From a virus, in the IMG/VR virus record IMGVR_UViG_3300021960_000054, positions 1 through 64,000 of that record: DNA of 64,000 bases, one strand, 5' to 3'. How positions within the stretch are numbered: position 1 is the stretch's first letter; the number at the start of each line of letters is the position of its first letter. This document shows, one piece after another, positions 1 to 8,613 of this stretch. The notes under the pieces are model-generated. The model saw only the letters and a program-made list of their open reading frames with translations, had not been told where the DNA came from and ran no database searches. A program made the translations under genes and the position numbers.

Positions 1-442
1 TTTCCCATAGTTGTTTTGCTTCATCTCCGATTTTACCCATAAACGGACAAGGTGTACCTGCCATCTCCATAGCATCAAAGACACGCTCATCTTGACACAT
101 GTTAGAGACTGCCGCTACTTTCATACCCATATCATAGAGGACTTTTGAGAGTTTAAGACGTTCACAGTTCATATCTCTGACTGCCGACCCGCCTGAGAAA
201 CCTAATACTTGTGTTTGTACTGCTCCGCTAAAAGCAATTGTACATACATCACTATTAGAGTTATTAATTGAAGGCGAAATAGCACTAGGCGGTGGAGATT
301 TCACAGTGGTCTTTGAATTGCTATTGCTATTCACATCACTTCTAGACGTACTATCAGTGACAATAGGATCAGCACTGAAAGACATAGAACTAAACGAAAT
401 CATAACAAATGCAATAACAACAGATGTTATTATTCTTTGCAT
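1..442 (-). CDS. Conserved marine phage secreted/structural protein, runs off the window start
   Basis: Manual translation from ATG at 442: MQRIITSVVIAFVMISFSSMSFSADP...PPPSAISPS...CERLKLSKVLYDMGMKVAAVSNMCQDERVF...GTPCP. Signal peptide present; late promoter TATAAATA at 479-486 (-). Confidence 0.8.
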   Translation of the reverse strand, partial: MQRIITSVVIAFVMISFSSMSFSADPIVTDSTSRSDVNSNSNSKTTVKSPPPSAISPSINNSNSDVCTIAFSGAVQTQVLGFSGGSAVRDMNCERLKLSKVLYDMGMKVAAVSNMCQDERVFDAMEMAGTPCPFMGKIGDEAKQLWE

Positions 443-584
443 TGTTTGTTTCCTTTATTGGTTGAGGTCTTACTCAGTTATTTATAATTTGGGTGTCAAC
501 ATCTTGACATTAAAATCAAATTAGTTTTAACATAAATACTTAAAGCAAATATTATGCACATGTGACAGAGAGGAAGCAAAAGAA

Positions 585-767
585 ATGTTACATGTATTCA
601 TGCTAGTCGTAATGCTTCAAGGAAGCGAACAAAGAACGCAACCTATGTACTTCTACGATATAGACAGATGTTTATATTTTGCAAATCGCATGAATAGACA
701 GCGTGATTATAGTGCAATATGTAAGATAGTGACTGTTGATCCTAGCAAAGTGACGGTATACAAATGA
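585..767 (+). CDS. Small hypothetical protein (hydrophobic N-terminus, 2 Cys)
   Basis: ORF with upstream GAGG RBS; overlaps the next ORF (ATGA). Confidence 0.65.
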   Translation: MLHVFMLVVMLQGSEQRTQPMYFYDIDRCLYFANRMNRQRDYSAICKIVTVDPSKVTVYK

Positions 768-949
768 GCATAGATAATAGAGATAAAGTCATTCATGACA
801 TTAAGATGAGAATTCATAATTTTAAAATGAAGAATAAATGGTTATATGAGAAAGAAAGAAAAGAAAATGACAACAATGAACAATCAACAAGTGAAGACAG
901 AGAGCAAGAAAGACATAACCGAATTGCATCCAAATTGCGGAACTTCTGA
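764..949 (+). CDS. Small hypothetical protein
   Basis: ORF track; translationally coupled to the upstream ORF. Confidence 0.45.
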   Translation: MSIDNRDKVIHDIKMRIHNFKMKNKWLYEKERKENDNNEQSTSEDREQERHNRIASKLRNF

Positions 950-1003
950 CTGTTGCGGACAATGTGAGACTGCAGTTGAACCAATCGTGAAAGAAGAAAA
1001 GCA

Positions 1004-1201
1004 ATGAATACAATATGGCACATAATGCTCACTGCATGTCTAGACACACAAATGATGCAATGCGTATCACAAGACGTACAATGGTTTGATACACAGAAAC
1101 AATGCGAAATTGCATTAAATGAATATACTGAGATTCCGCCTGATGGACCTTTTCAGACAGTAGAATGGCAATGTAAACCACTAGGATCATCATCAACATG
1201 A
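1004..1201 (+). CDS. Small Cys-containing hypothetical protein
   Basis: ORF track; coupled to the downstream Fis-like gene (ATGA). Confidence 0.6.
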   Translation: MNTIWHIMLTACLDTQMMQCVSQDVQWFDTQKQCEIALNEYTEIPPDGPFQTVEWQCKPLGSSST

Positions 1202-1437
1202 GACAGACAGCAAGTTACGCAGAAGAGCAAGACGTATGGTACACAGAACTCAAAAATCTAGCAGAGATGTGGTCAACTTCAGAGACTAAACTATCCACAG
1301 AGTTAGAAGAACTAGAGAAGAGAAGAATAGTCGATGCGATGGCGATTTCGAACAATAACAAATCACACGCGGCAAAACGTCTAGGTATCGGCCGTACTCT
1401 ATTGATACACAAGTTAAAGAAATATAATATTGATTAA
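1198..1437 (+). CDS. Fis-family helix-turn-helix protein (HTH_8)
   Basis: LEELEKRRIVDAM...NNKSHAAKRLGIGRTLLIHKLKKYNI matches the Fis/NtrC C-terminal HTH pattern. Confidence 0.8.
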   Translation: MRQTASYAEEQDVWYTELKNLAEMWSTSETKLSTELEELEKRRIVDAMAISNNNKSHAAKRLGIGRTLLIHKLKKYNID

Positions 1438-1922
1438 CCGTACTTAGGTAGATACGCAAAGGTATAGAACAACCACACTAGAAGAGAAAACACTGCCGTA
1501 CCCGCAGTTAATGCCGCGGCAAGTTGAACCATCTCCATTATATTTTCATGTCTTTCTATTGCCGCTCTTCTTGCCGCAAGTTCTGCTTCGCGTCTTTTCT
1601 CTGCCGCTTGCTTTTGAAATTGTAACCAGTCTTGCCACATGCCAGCACGACCTGTATAAATCATCATCTCTCGGAGTTCATCTTCTTGTGCCTTGAGTTT
1701 TTCAAGTGCCATAAACTCTTCTAAGTCAGATTTGTTTCCGCCTGCGTTATTTACTTTTTTCTGTAAAGAATTTTTTGCATCAAAATAACCTACCAGTTGC
1801 TCACCACAATCGTACAGTTCTTTTCCGTTGCTTATGAATTCTTTTACAGTATTGAACGCCGCAGATGCTAATGCTAATTCTGCTAACATAATGATGATAC
1901 CCCTCTTTCGGTGTTGTATCAT
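1434..1922 (-). CDS. Coiled-coil protein with C-terminal TM helix (likely start MLAEL)
   Basis: ORF track; late promoter TATAAATA at 1966-1973 (-). Confidence 0.75.
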   Translation of the reverse strand: MIQHRKRGIIIMLAELALASAAFNTVKEFISNGKELYDCGEQLVGYFDAKNSLQKKVNNAGGNKSDLEEFMALEKLKAQEDELREMMIYTGRAGMWQDWLQFQKQAAEKRREAELAARRAAIERHENIMEMVQLAAALTAGTAVFSLLVWLFYTFAYLPKYG

Positions 1923-1972
1923 ATATCATGTTGTAAGGGGAAGTTTCAACTCAAGTCGTTATGACTATTTAT

Positions 1973-2005
1973 AAAAAAAGAGGGTTACCATTTCTGATAA
2001 CCCTC
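1973..2005 (-). terminator. Rho-independent terminator downstream of gp32
   Basis: GAGGGTTA-tcagaaatgg-TAACCCTC followed by a T-run on the - strand. Confidence 0.8.
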
Positions 2006-2016
2006 ATCACATCTCT

Positions 2017-2117
2017 GTTATTTCATTTCACATTACCTAAGAATTTTGTTACGCTTGCGTATACAATAGATACTTAGACCAAACTAGTATAAGGCGCATA
2101 ATGTAAAACTGGATAAC
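2017..2117 (-). ncRNA. Candidate structured RNA between the gp32 stop and terminator
   Basis: Nested complementary segments GTTAT/ATAAC, TTTTACATTAT/GTAATGTGAAA, CTAAG/CTTAG and TACG/CGTA. Confidence 0.35.
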
Positions 2118-2137
2118 TCCATTCTCCTATATGTTGT

Positions 2138-3070
2138 TTAATCATCAGCGGCGAGTTTTGAGAAATAAGACATTGCCTCATCATCCTCATCATCGCTAGT
2201 TGATGCTGTTGCAACTTGAGGTGCAGATTTTTCTTCTTCCACCCAAGGTACGCTTTGTTCTGCAGTTGGTGCTGGAGCGACTGGCGCTGGCGCACTAGGT
2301 GCAAAAGTCTCTGGTGTTGTGTTCAAGTTTAAAACCAAATCTAGTTTTGATTTCAGTTCATCATAAGACTTGAAGTTTGATGCTTCTAAGAACGACTGCA
2401 ATTTATACTGCGTCTTCCATAGTGCTTCAATCTTACTATCATCGCCATCAAACAATGATGATACACTATCAAACTCGGATTTATCGTAGTTAGTAAAACC
2501 TTCTACCTTACGAATTTTAAGTTTGAAGTTAGTACCTTTCCATGGATCAAATGGATTGATAGGACTCTCATCTTCGAACTGTGGTTTCATCTGGTCCATA
2601 ATCTTATCAAAGATTTTCTTACCAAACTTGAACAGTTTAACTTGACCCTCATTCTCAGGATGCTTCGGATCAGAAACAATGAGAACATTGGCGATATAAG
2701 AAAGTCTACGCTTCTGCTTTCGTGCAATGTCTTTGTTTGCTTCTGTACCAGAGTTCCATAGAACAGAGTTATACTCTGCTACAGGGTCCTTCTGATTGAG
2801 TGTCGTTAAAGAATTCTCAATGTACCACTTACCAGTAGGACCTTGAAACCCATGATTAAAGATACGAACCCAAGGAAGTTCTTCACCTTCACTCTCAGGA
2901 AGAAAACGAATAACAGCATAACCATTACCTGACTTATCCAGTTCAGGACGCCAGAAGCGGTCATCGTTATTGCTATTGCTGTTGTTTTGGGGAGTGTTTA
3001 CTTTATCTACTTCACCAAGTAAACGTGAAAGATTGTCGTTAGACTTTTTTAGTTGTGCAAAATTTGTCAT
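2138..3070 (-). CDS. 32: T4-like single-stranded DNA-binding protein gp32
   Basis: DDRFWRPELDKSGNGYAVIRFLP, FQGPTGKWYIENSLTT, NYDKSEF and acidic tail MSYFSKLAADD. Confidence 0.97.
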   Translation of the reverse strand: MTNFAQLKKSNDNLSRLLGEVDKVNTPQNNSNSNNDDRFWRPELDKSGNGYAVIRFLPESEGEELPWVRIFNHGFQGPTGKWYIENSLTTLNQKDPVAEYNSVLWNSGTEANKDIARKQKRRLSYIANVLIVSDPKHPENEGQVKLFKFGKKIFDKIMDQMKPQFEDESPINPFDPWKGTNFKLKIRKVEGFTNYDKSEFDSVSSLFDGDDSKIEALWKTQYKLQSFLEASNFKSYDELKSKLDLVLNLNTTPETFAPSAPAPVAPAPTAEQSVPWVEEEKSAPQVATASTSDDEDDEAMSYFSKLAADD

Positions 3071-3132
3071 TTGTATTTACCTCGTATGTACGTTATATTG
3101 CGTTGTATAAGTTTATCTTATCCACATATTCA

Positions 3133-3792
3133 TCATATGCTACTATTTATACGACTTTCATCGTATTTCTGTTGTACAGTATACACTATTGCCTTGTATT
3201 TGTCAACATCAAAATCAAGAAAAGGTCGGTATTTAATTAACTTTCGCCGTTCTTCTTTCCAGAAGAAATCATCACCGAGCATCTTATCCCAATATGACAA
3301 GTAGTTGTTAATAGCATCTAGTATCAACATCGTTTCAATTTTTACATCTCCACGACTATACATCTGTAGTAATATAGGATGTTGTTCATCCTTTACCACA
3401 AAACATTTGTCGAACTTGTTGAAGTCTTCCTCTTCAAGTTCAGAACAAATTTCATCAAGGTCGTCTTTGAGATTTTTAGTTAAACTCTGTAGACGACCTC
3501 TCCAATTATTATATACTTGTAGTGCTTCTTCATAGATAAAAGCACCACCCCATCGATTACCATCGACATGATTGGCAATCAAAAACTTAGGTAGTTCAGT
3601 CTCATTAAACTCTTTTGCTAGACGTTGAAAATTAAACTGGTCAGACCTTTTGTAAAAAGTTTCATCTTTTGTCTTGACTGCGCCTCTAGTTTTTGTTATA
3701 TCATATCTATCTGTTGTAAAATGTAACTTAAAAGCAAGATAGATGTTGAATGCTTCAAATTCATTCATACCCAAGGTTTTCCGCATACCCAT
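3133..3792 (-). CDS. 59: Helicase loader gp59
   Basis: YLAFKLHFTTDRYD N-terminus; position between gp33 and gp32 as in T4. Confidence 0.9.
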   Translation of the reverse strand: MGMRKTLGMNEFEAFNIYLAFKLHFTTDRYDITKTRGAVKTKDETFYKRSDQFNFQRLAKEFNETELPKFLIANHVDGNRWGGAFIYEEALQVYNNWRGRLQSLTKNLKDDLDEICSELEEEDFNKFDKCFVVKDEQHPILLQMYSRGDVKIETMLILDAINNYLSYWDKMLGDDFFWKEERRKLIKYRPFLDFDVDKYKAIVYTVQQKYDESRINSSI

Positions 3793-4361
3793 CCGACTAA
3801 ACTCCTTCTCTCTCCGTTGATTACTGGTTTAACTCTATGCATTATAAATGATGGAAAGAGAATTGTCAATCCTTTTTGTGGCGAAATTGTTTTTATACGA
3901 TTATCACTATCAGGCAATCCATATTCAAACTCAAACTCACCACCTTCATAATCGTCATTCAATAATACTGAGAAAGATATTTTTCTAATCAACCCATGAA
4001 GTTCAACCATACTTACTTCATCTTTAGTATATGGATTTTCTTTTTGGTCGGAGTGCCAATTATAATGTTGTGTTTCACTATACCTTGTATATTGCAATTT
4101 CTCCATCACGCTATGCTGAAAATTCCAACCGGCGCCTTGATTTACTGTGGTCATTGCATCAATAAGTTTTTTATAAATCCATTTTGTATCTTGAGTATTT
4201 TCTATCCAAGAAATATGACTGTCTCTATAATTCTTACGAGCATTCCCATTAAAAGTTTTTGCTTGCTGTGGTTCTAATGCTTCACCAATTGAAGATATTT
4301 TAGTTAACTCTTCATCAGAAAATATTCTCTTATGTAAAAAATATGGTTGTCGTAAAATCAT
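3765..4361 (-). CDS. 2OG-Fe(II) oxygenase (prolyl-4-hydroxylase/PKHD-like)
   Basis: YNWHSD...RKISFSVLLNDDYEGGEF...FPSFIMHRVKPV...RRSLVGW. Confidence 0.92.
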   Translation of the reverse strand: MILRQPYFLHKRIFSDEELTKISSIGEALEPQQAKTFNGNARKNYRDSHISWIENTQDTKWIYKKLIDAMTTVNQGAGWNFQHSVMEKLQYTRYSETQHYNWHSDQKENPYTKDEVSMVELHGLIRKISFSVLLNDDYEGGEFEFEYGLPDSDNRIKTISPQKGLTILFPSFIMHRVKPVINGERRSLVGWVCGKPWV

Positions 4362-4897
4362 TTCAATACTTTCATCATGTTAAATGCAATGGTAACTCTA
4401 TCTTCATCTTCAAAGTGTGGAGGCATCTTATGCATCAACCATCCAGGGAAGATGATACACTTACCTTTCTTTGCATTAATTCTTTCAGGTTGTTCATTAT
4501 ATATTTGTATGCGCGGATCAAAGAACTCTGTCATACCAATATCATCATAATAAAGAACTGCGGACAGCATCTTATCATCACCGTGTCGATGCATCTCATG
4601 TGTACACCCTCTAGGAACATAGTTGACCCATGAGTTATCTAGTACAACAGAAGTATTCATCTGAACACCCATAGTGTAAGCGACATTACCCAATAGTTTG
4701 TTTGTGGTGGGACCAACTTGTAGTCTATCGGGATTATTATAACTGGTGTAGTAGTGAAGAACACCTGATGGTAATCCAACTTCTCTGAACATGTCTAGTT
4801 CTTTTCTAGATGCATCTATGAAATCTTCATCAAATTGTATCTCATAGATGTGTGTAGGAAAAACACTATATGCAGTGAAGTCTAATGCATCAATCAT
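4358..4897 (-). CDS. Putative 2OG-Fe(II) oxygenase (TIGR02466-like, HxH)
   Basis: WVN...HRH...LSAVLY...IFPGWLMH...RVTIAFN. Confidence 0.85.
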   Translation of the reverse strand: MIDALDFTAYSVFPTHIYEIQFDEDFIDASRKELDMFREVGLPSGVLHYYTSYNNPDRLQVGPTTNKLLGNVAYTMGVQMNTSVVLDNSWVNYVPRGCTHEMHRHGDDKMLSAVLYYDDIGMTEFFDPRIQIYNEQPERINAKKGKCIIFPGWLMHKMPPHFEDEDRVTIAFNMMKVLK

Positions 4898-5127
4898 ACA
4901 GGCAACTCCGCAGTGGTCTTAGGAAGATAATGTAAGTCTTGAGCATTAACTGCTACTTTTTCTTTAAGTGTTTTACTCACAAACTTACGAATATCTTCTG
5001 GTTCAAGTTCATGGTTCTCACAATAGATGAGAATTGCATCCATATAATTAACTTGTTTGTCTCGTACTATATCTTCTACTATTTTTGAAAATCTTCTTGG
5101 TGTCATTGGTTCTGGATTTGTAGTCAT
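4894..5127 (-). CDS. 33: Late promoter transcription coactivator gp33
   Basis: FSKIVEDIV...YMDAILIYCE...LKEKV...LHYLPK..LPV. Confidence 0.88.
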   Translation of the reverse strand: MTTNPEPMTPRRFSKIVEDIVRDKQVNYMDAILIYCENHELEPEDIRKFVSKTLKEKVAVNAQDLHYLPKTTAELPV

Positions 5128-5133
5128 ATTATT

Positions 5134-5670
5134 TTAATCCCATCTATAAAAAATGTGGTCACCTATTTGAGCAATATATGTTTTCGTCTTTGCCCAATAA
5201 GGATTTACATAAGTTGCATGATAATGTGTTGACCCCTCAATCATACCATCATAACGACCATCTATTACTCTTGTCGCTAAAAGATATAATCCTGAGTATG
5301 CGTACACATCTCTAATTTCGTCAGACTTACCGTCACAGAACCAACTAAACTGACATTTATTTCTAATTGGAACATCTTTGTCATGTTCTTCTTTCCACCA
5401 CTTAGATGTTGGTCCTTGATAAACCACTTCACATATAGTGTTAGGAAATCTTGAATCCTTAACACGGTTCATAACAACTAATGATACTGCAATCTGACCC
5501 GCTTTGGGTTGTCCCTTTGCTTCAAAGTACATATTTTTTGCGAGACAAGTTGTTTCTGCATCAATAGTAAATGTTTCGGTTGCAACCTCTGCACTTGATC
5601 CGCTTGACTTATAAGCGATTGCAGAAGCAACTAATGCTGTTAACACAATTGTTTTTTTCATCATGTACAC
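5134..5670 (-). CDS. SleB-like cell wall hydrolase (Hydrolase_2)
   Basis: CLAKNMYFEAKG...AVSLVVMNRV.DSRFPNTICEVV...CQFSW...THYHATYVNPYW...IGDHIFY. Confidence 0.93.
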   Translation of the reverse strand: MYMMKKTIVLTALVASAIAYKSSGSSAEVATETFTIDAETTCLAKNMYFEAKGQPKAGQIAVSLVVMNRVKDSRFPNTICEVVYQGPTSKWWKEEHDKDVPIRNKCQFSWFCDGKSDEIRDVYAYSGLYLLATRVIDGRYDGMIEGSTHYHATYVNPYWAKTKTYIAQIGDHIFYRWD

Positions 5671-5688
5671 AGTATACTATAAAAGAAG

Positions 5689-5719
5689 AAAGAAGTCAAG
5701 CAGAAACCACTTGACTTCT
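5689..5719 (-). terminator. Terminator hairpin whose 3' arm contains the -35 of the next promoter
   Basis: GAAGTCAAG-tggtttctg-CTTGACTTC-tttcttctttt; TTGACT-N17-TATACT upstream of the SleB gene. Confidence 0.65.
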
Positions 5720-5732
5720 CATTATTACCACC

Positions 5733-5951
5733 TTAGCGTTGTGAAACGAAAGAATTCATCTCATTTGCTAGTTTGCTGATATCACCGAATGTCGGAAATG
5801 TAGGCATTTCTGGAAACTGAACATCTAGTCCTGCTTCTTTGTCTGCATAGTATTTCTCTTTAATATTGCTGATATCAGTGTGATATTGCTCTGTGAGCAG
5901 TTGTTTAGCACTCTCAATCATAGAGAAGCGCAAATCGAATGGATTACTCAT
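5733..5951 (-). CDS. Small conserved phage protein
   Basis: MSNPFDLRFSMIESAKQLL...; AAGGAG RBS. Confidence 0.75.
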   Translation of the reverse strand: MSNPFDLRFSMIESAKQLLTEQYHTDISNIKEKYYADKEAGLDVQFPEMPTFPTFGDISKLANEMNSFVSQR

Positions 5952-5979
5952 ACTATTTCTCCTTGTGTGTATGTGTGTA

Positions 5980-6345
5980 AAATGTAGGGTGAAGCAATTG
6001 CTTCTTCTGTTTCCAGGCGCCCCTACGACACCCAGAAGATTATGCCGCTAGGCGAATATCTTCATATGCAATGTTATCGTTTGCATTTACTTTGTTTTGA
6101 CTTATTAGGCGGTCATCCCACAGTTCTACTCTTTCCTATTTACGTCAGTCGATCCTATTTCGCCCCCATCATAAGCACACTTCCGTGCCATATCTCTACC
6201 GAGATATCCAGGTTGTGGTTTCACCTTAATAAACTTTGAGACCCAATTTGCAAATGCTTCTAGCATGTTTACCTCTAGTGTGTTTATGGTGGAGGCGGTG
6301 GGTATCGCACCCACGTCCTGCCCGTCATTCAGATTGTATCAACAA
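5980..6345 (-). ncRNA. ssrA: Circularly permuted (two-piece) tmRNA; acceptor piece ~6345-6287, intervening segment 6286-6168, coding piece 6167-~5980; tag ANDNIAYEDIRLAA
   Basis: On the - strand, GGACGTGGGTGCGATACCCACCGCCTCCACCA (T-arm plus CCA) lies upstream of GGGGGCGAAATAGGATCGAC. The acceptor stem GGGGGCG/CGCCTCC has a G3-U wobble. The resume codon GCA at 6084 follows TAAAT and the tag stop is at 6040-6042. Outer ends are approximate. Confidence 0.93.
6126..6266 (-). CDS. 46-aa ORF starting in the tmRNA intervening segment
   Basis: GAGG-taaac-ATG; MLEAFANWVSKFIKVKPQPGYLGRDMARKCAYDGGEIGSTDVNRKE. Confidence 0.45.
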   Translation of the reverse strand: MLEAFANWVSKFIKVKPQPGYLGRDMARKCAYDGGEIGSTDVNRKE

Positions 6346-6352
6346 ACTGTAC

Positions 6353-6385
6353 ATTATATATAACATGCTTTGATGTAAATGTCAA
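6353..6385 (-). promoter_or_regulatory. Sigma70-type promoter for the tmRNA
   Basis: TTGACA-N17-TATATA(TAAT). Confidence 0.75.
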
Positions 6386-6747
6386 GTAGTAATTCCATTA
6401 TTACCAAAAATACTGTTATACTCTAATTCACCTCCATCTGATATAACGCAAGTTACATTTGCTGATGGAAGAAATTCTAATATTGTGACTGTACCTTTGT
6501 CTTTGTTAACTAGAACTTCGACAATACTAGGTAGTGTAGTTTTGTATCTAATCATTCCAACTTCGCCGTACTCATTCGCAAATTCTGCTTTTACTTCGTT
6601 GTATGGTTTCTTAGTACAGACAACAGGTTTTTGTCCTTGTCTATATTCATGTTCTGAATTATCTTGAGCAAATGTGATGCTGGATAAAAATGTTAGACAC
6701 CATACCAATACAATAACATCAAATACCCATGACTTTCTGATATTCAT
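6382..6747 (-). CDS. Secreted hypothetical protein
   Basis: Signal peptide, KPVVC...TCVIS.G pattern. Confidence 0.7.
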   Translation of the reverse strand: MNIRKSWVFDVIVLVWCLTFLSSITFAQDNSEHEYRQGQKPVVCTKKPYNEVKAEFANEYGEVGMIRYKTTLPSIVEVLVNKDKGTVTILEFLPSANVTCVISDGGELEYNSIFGNNGITT

Positions 6748-7375
6748 TTCGAACCTCTCTATAGGACTCTATATAATTGTCCCTCTTCTCTATGAAGAGT
6801 TGTGGTTCGTTACCTTCTACTGCCATTATAATAACGACAGTATCAATTGGTATACCTGTTCTCTCTTCATACATTACTGCATATGCACTACCTTGTTGAA
6901 AGTAGTTGGTAATGTACTCTGCTTGTTTAGGTCTGCTAGAGGTCTTAAAATCAATAATTGAAAGGCGACCATCAAACTCTGCAATACAGTCTACACGACC
7001 GGCAGTCTTCAAGAAGTCTGAATATAGTGATGCTTCTTGAACATGTATATTATTTATCCTGTTTAGATAATCTTGAACTGAAGTAAACATAGACTTCTCT
7101 GCAGGATTAGCAAAAGTAACATCTTTGTTGTTAATGTAGTCTTCTACTTGATAATGAAACTTAGTTCCTCGCGTGGATGCTTGGCGACTAATCTTGTTCG
7201 CCGCTTCTTCACCTACTCGTTTGCGCCACTCTAGAATGCCTGCTTTAGACTTCCATCCTAGTACTGTTGTTACTGATGGATATTTTAATCCCTCAGGTGT
7301 CACATACAAACGCATGTTGTCTTCATTGATTGTTTGTAGTTCATCGATTTCTTTTGGTTCAAGATGTGTAAACAT
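6719..7375 (-). CDS. PD-(D/E)xK exonuclease (Cas4/lambda-exo-like, T4-like exonuclease A)
   Basis: YPSVTTVL...RGTKFH...AGRVDCIAEFDGRLSIIDFKTS...YFQQGSAYA. Confidence 0.92.
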   Translation of the reverse strand: MFTHLEPKEIDELQTINEDNMRLYVTPEGLKYPSVTTVLGWKSKAGILEWRKRVGEEAANKISRQASTRGTKFHYQVEDYINNKDVTFANPAEKSMFTSVQDYLNRINNIHVQEASLYSDFLKTAGRVDCIAEFDGRLSIIDFKTSSRPKQAEYITNYFQQGSAYAVMYEERTGIPIDTVVIIMAVEGNEPQLFIEKRDNYIESYREVRNEYQKVMGI

Positions 7376-7985
7376 GTTCTATCCAGTTGTGGTTGTTTTC
7401 GCGAAAGTATTCATAAAATCTCATTGGGTAAATTTGAATGCCAATATTAATTTTAGGTTGTTCACCAAGATATACGTTAGTATCATGAGTGACCCATGAA
7501 GGAAAGATTGTGAGGTCTCCCACATTATCAATAATATTTAAGTATTCATCTCTGCTAGAGATATGATATCTTGTTTCTGAGTTTGGATCATACCCTCTTA
7601 CATAGATATTAGCACTAAGAAATGAGTAAGTACCAATATCGTGTGGGTGTTTTTTTATTTGTTCACCTTTACGGGTGACATCATACCAAGAATGAATAAA
7701 AACTTTTTCTTTCATATTACCTGTTAGTGTACAATACTTTTGGTAGTTTGTCAAGAGTTTTTTTCGAATATCCGCAATAATTTCATTATCTGGATATCTG
7801 GTGAATATGTTGCAATCAACCGCGTCTTCATTAATTAGAAATTCGTAAAGAACACGCTCATTGAAATCTATCTTAAATAATCCTATACTAAATTCGCGAT
7901 AAGGAATAGAGAAGGAACTTATCTCTGGTTTAGTTTCATATGTAAAGATTTCGTAGTCTTCTGTAAAGTTACTATTAAATATCAT
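7359..7985 (-). CDS. Putative 2OG-Fe(II) oxygenase (HxH type)
   Basis: HSW...HPH...FLSANIY...GDLTIFPSWVTH. Confidence 0.8.
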   Translation of the reverse strand: MIFNSNFTEDYEIFTYETKPEISSFSIPYREFSIGLFKIDFNERVLYEFLINEDAVDCNIFTRYPDNEIIADIRKKLLTNYQKYCTLTGNMKEKVFIHSWYDVTRKGEQIKKHPHDIGTYSFLSANIYVRGYDPNSETRYHISSRDEYLNIIDNVGDLTIFPSWVTHDTNVYLGEQPKINIGIQIYPMRFYEYFRENNHNWIEHVYTS

Positions 7986-8611
7986 CTAGGAATTTCCAAC
8001 GAAACTATATCGTCTAATCTCTCATCATTACCACAAGTTTTTTCGAATATAAACTTCTGACAATTATCTAAGTAGATACATTGAAACACCAATGCAACTC
8101 GCATTTCTTTAGTTGAGGTTGTTGATAGTCCTCTATGTTTTACTTTGGCGTCAAAATATGAAAAGTAATCTTGCATATATGGAGTTTCTTCAACCGAACC
8201 ATCAGCAAATTCAAATTCAGTACCCATATGTTTATGGTGAGGATTAAAACAAGGATAGTAAACAATAGTTCTACAGTTTTCTTCAGCACTGTCGGTGTGC
8301 CAAGGTCCATCCATCTCTTTAGTTTGACCTAAAAGATAACATCGCCCAACTTGAATGTATGGATTGATGTCCAGTTTCTGACAAATTTTTTTCCATATCT
8401 CTTTTACTATAGGGTCCATCTTAGTATAATATAGATTGTTGTGATAATCAGAAACAAAGTATGACCGGTGTGCATACTTACCTTCAGCACCAGCGCCATA
8501 CTGCCACAAAAACTGACGCTGGAAATACTCTGAGAAGAATTTTCTCATCTCCTCAGAGTGTCCCGCATTTTCAAACATCACTTCAGGTAGTTCATTATTA
8601 AGTTTTGTCAT
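7982..8611 (-). CDS. 2OG-Fe(II) oxygenase
   Basis: GPWHTD...TIVYY...GTEF...FDAKVKHRG...RVALVF. Confidence 0.85.
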   Translation of the reverse strand: MTKLNNELPEVMFENAGHSEEMRKFFSEYFQRQFLWQYGAGAEGKYAHRSYFVSDYHNNLYYTKMDPIVKEIWKKICQKLDINPYIQVGRCYLLGQTKEMDGPWHTDSAEENCRTIVYYPCFNPHHKHMGTEFEFADGSVEETPYMQDYFSYFDAKVKHRGLSTTSTKEMRVALVFQCIYLDNCQKFIFEKTCGNDERLDDIVSLEIPR

Positions 8612-8613
8612 TA

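Noticed and set aside
3071-3132. T4-type gp32 autoregulatory pseudoknot
   Set aside because: The leader is A-rich as expected, but I could not identify a convincing pseudoknot by eye.
6287-6330. Truncated tRNA or attP-like tRNA 3' end
   Set aside because: Fully explained as the acceptor piece of the permuted tmRNA.
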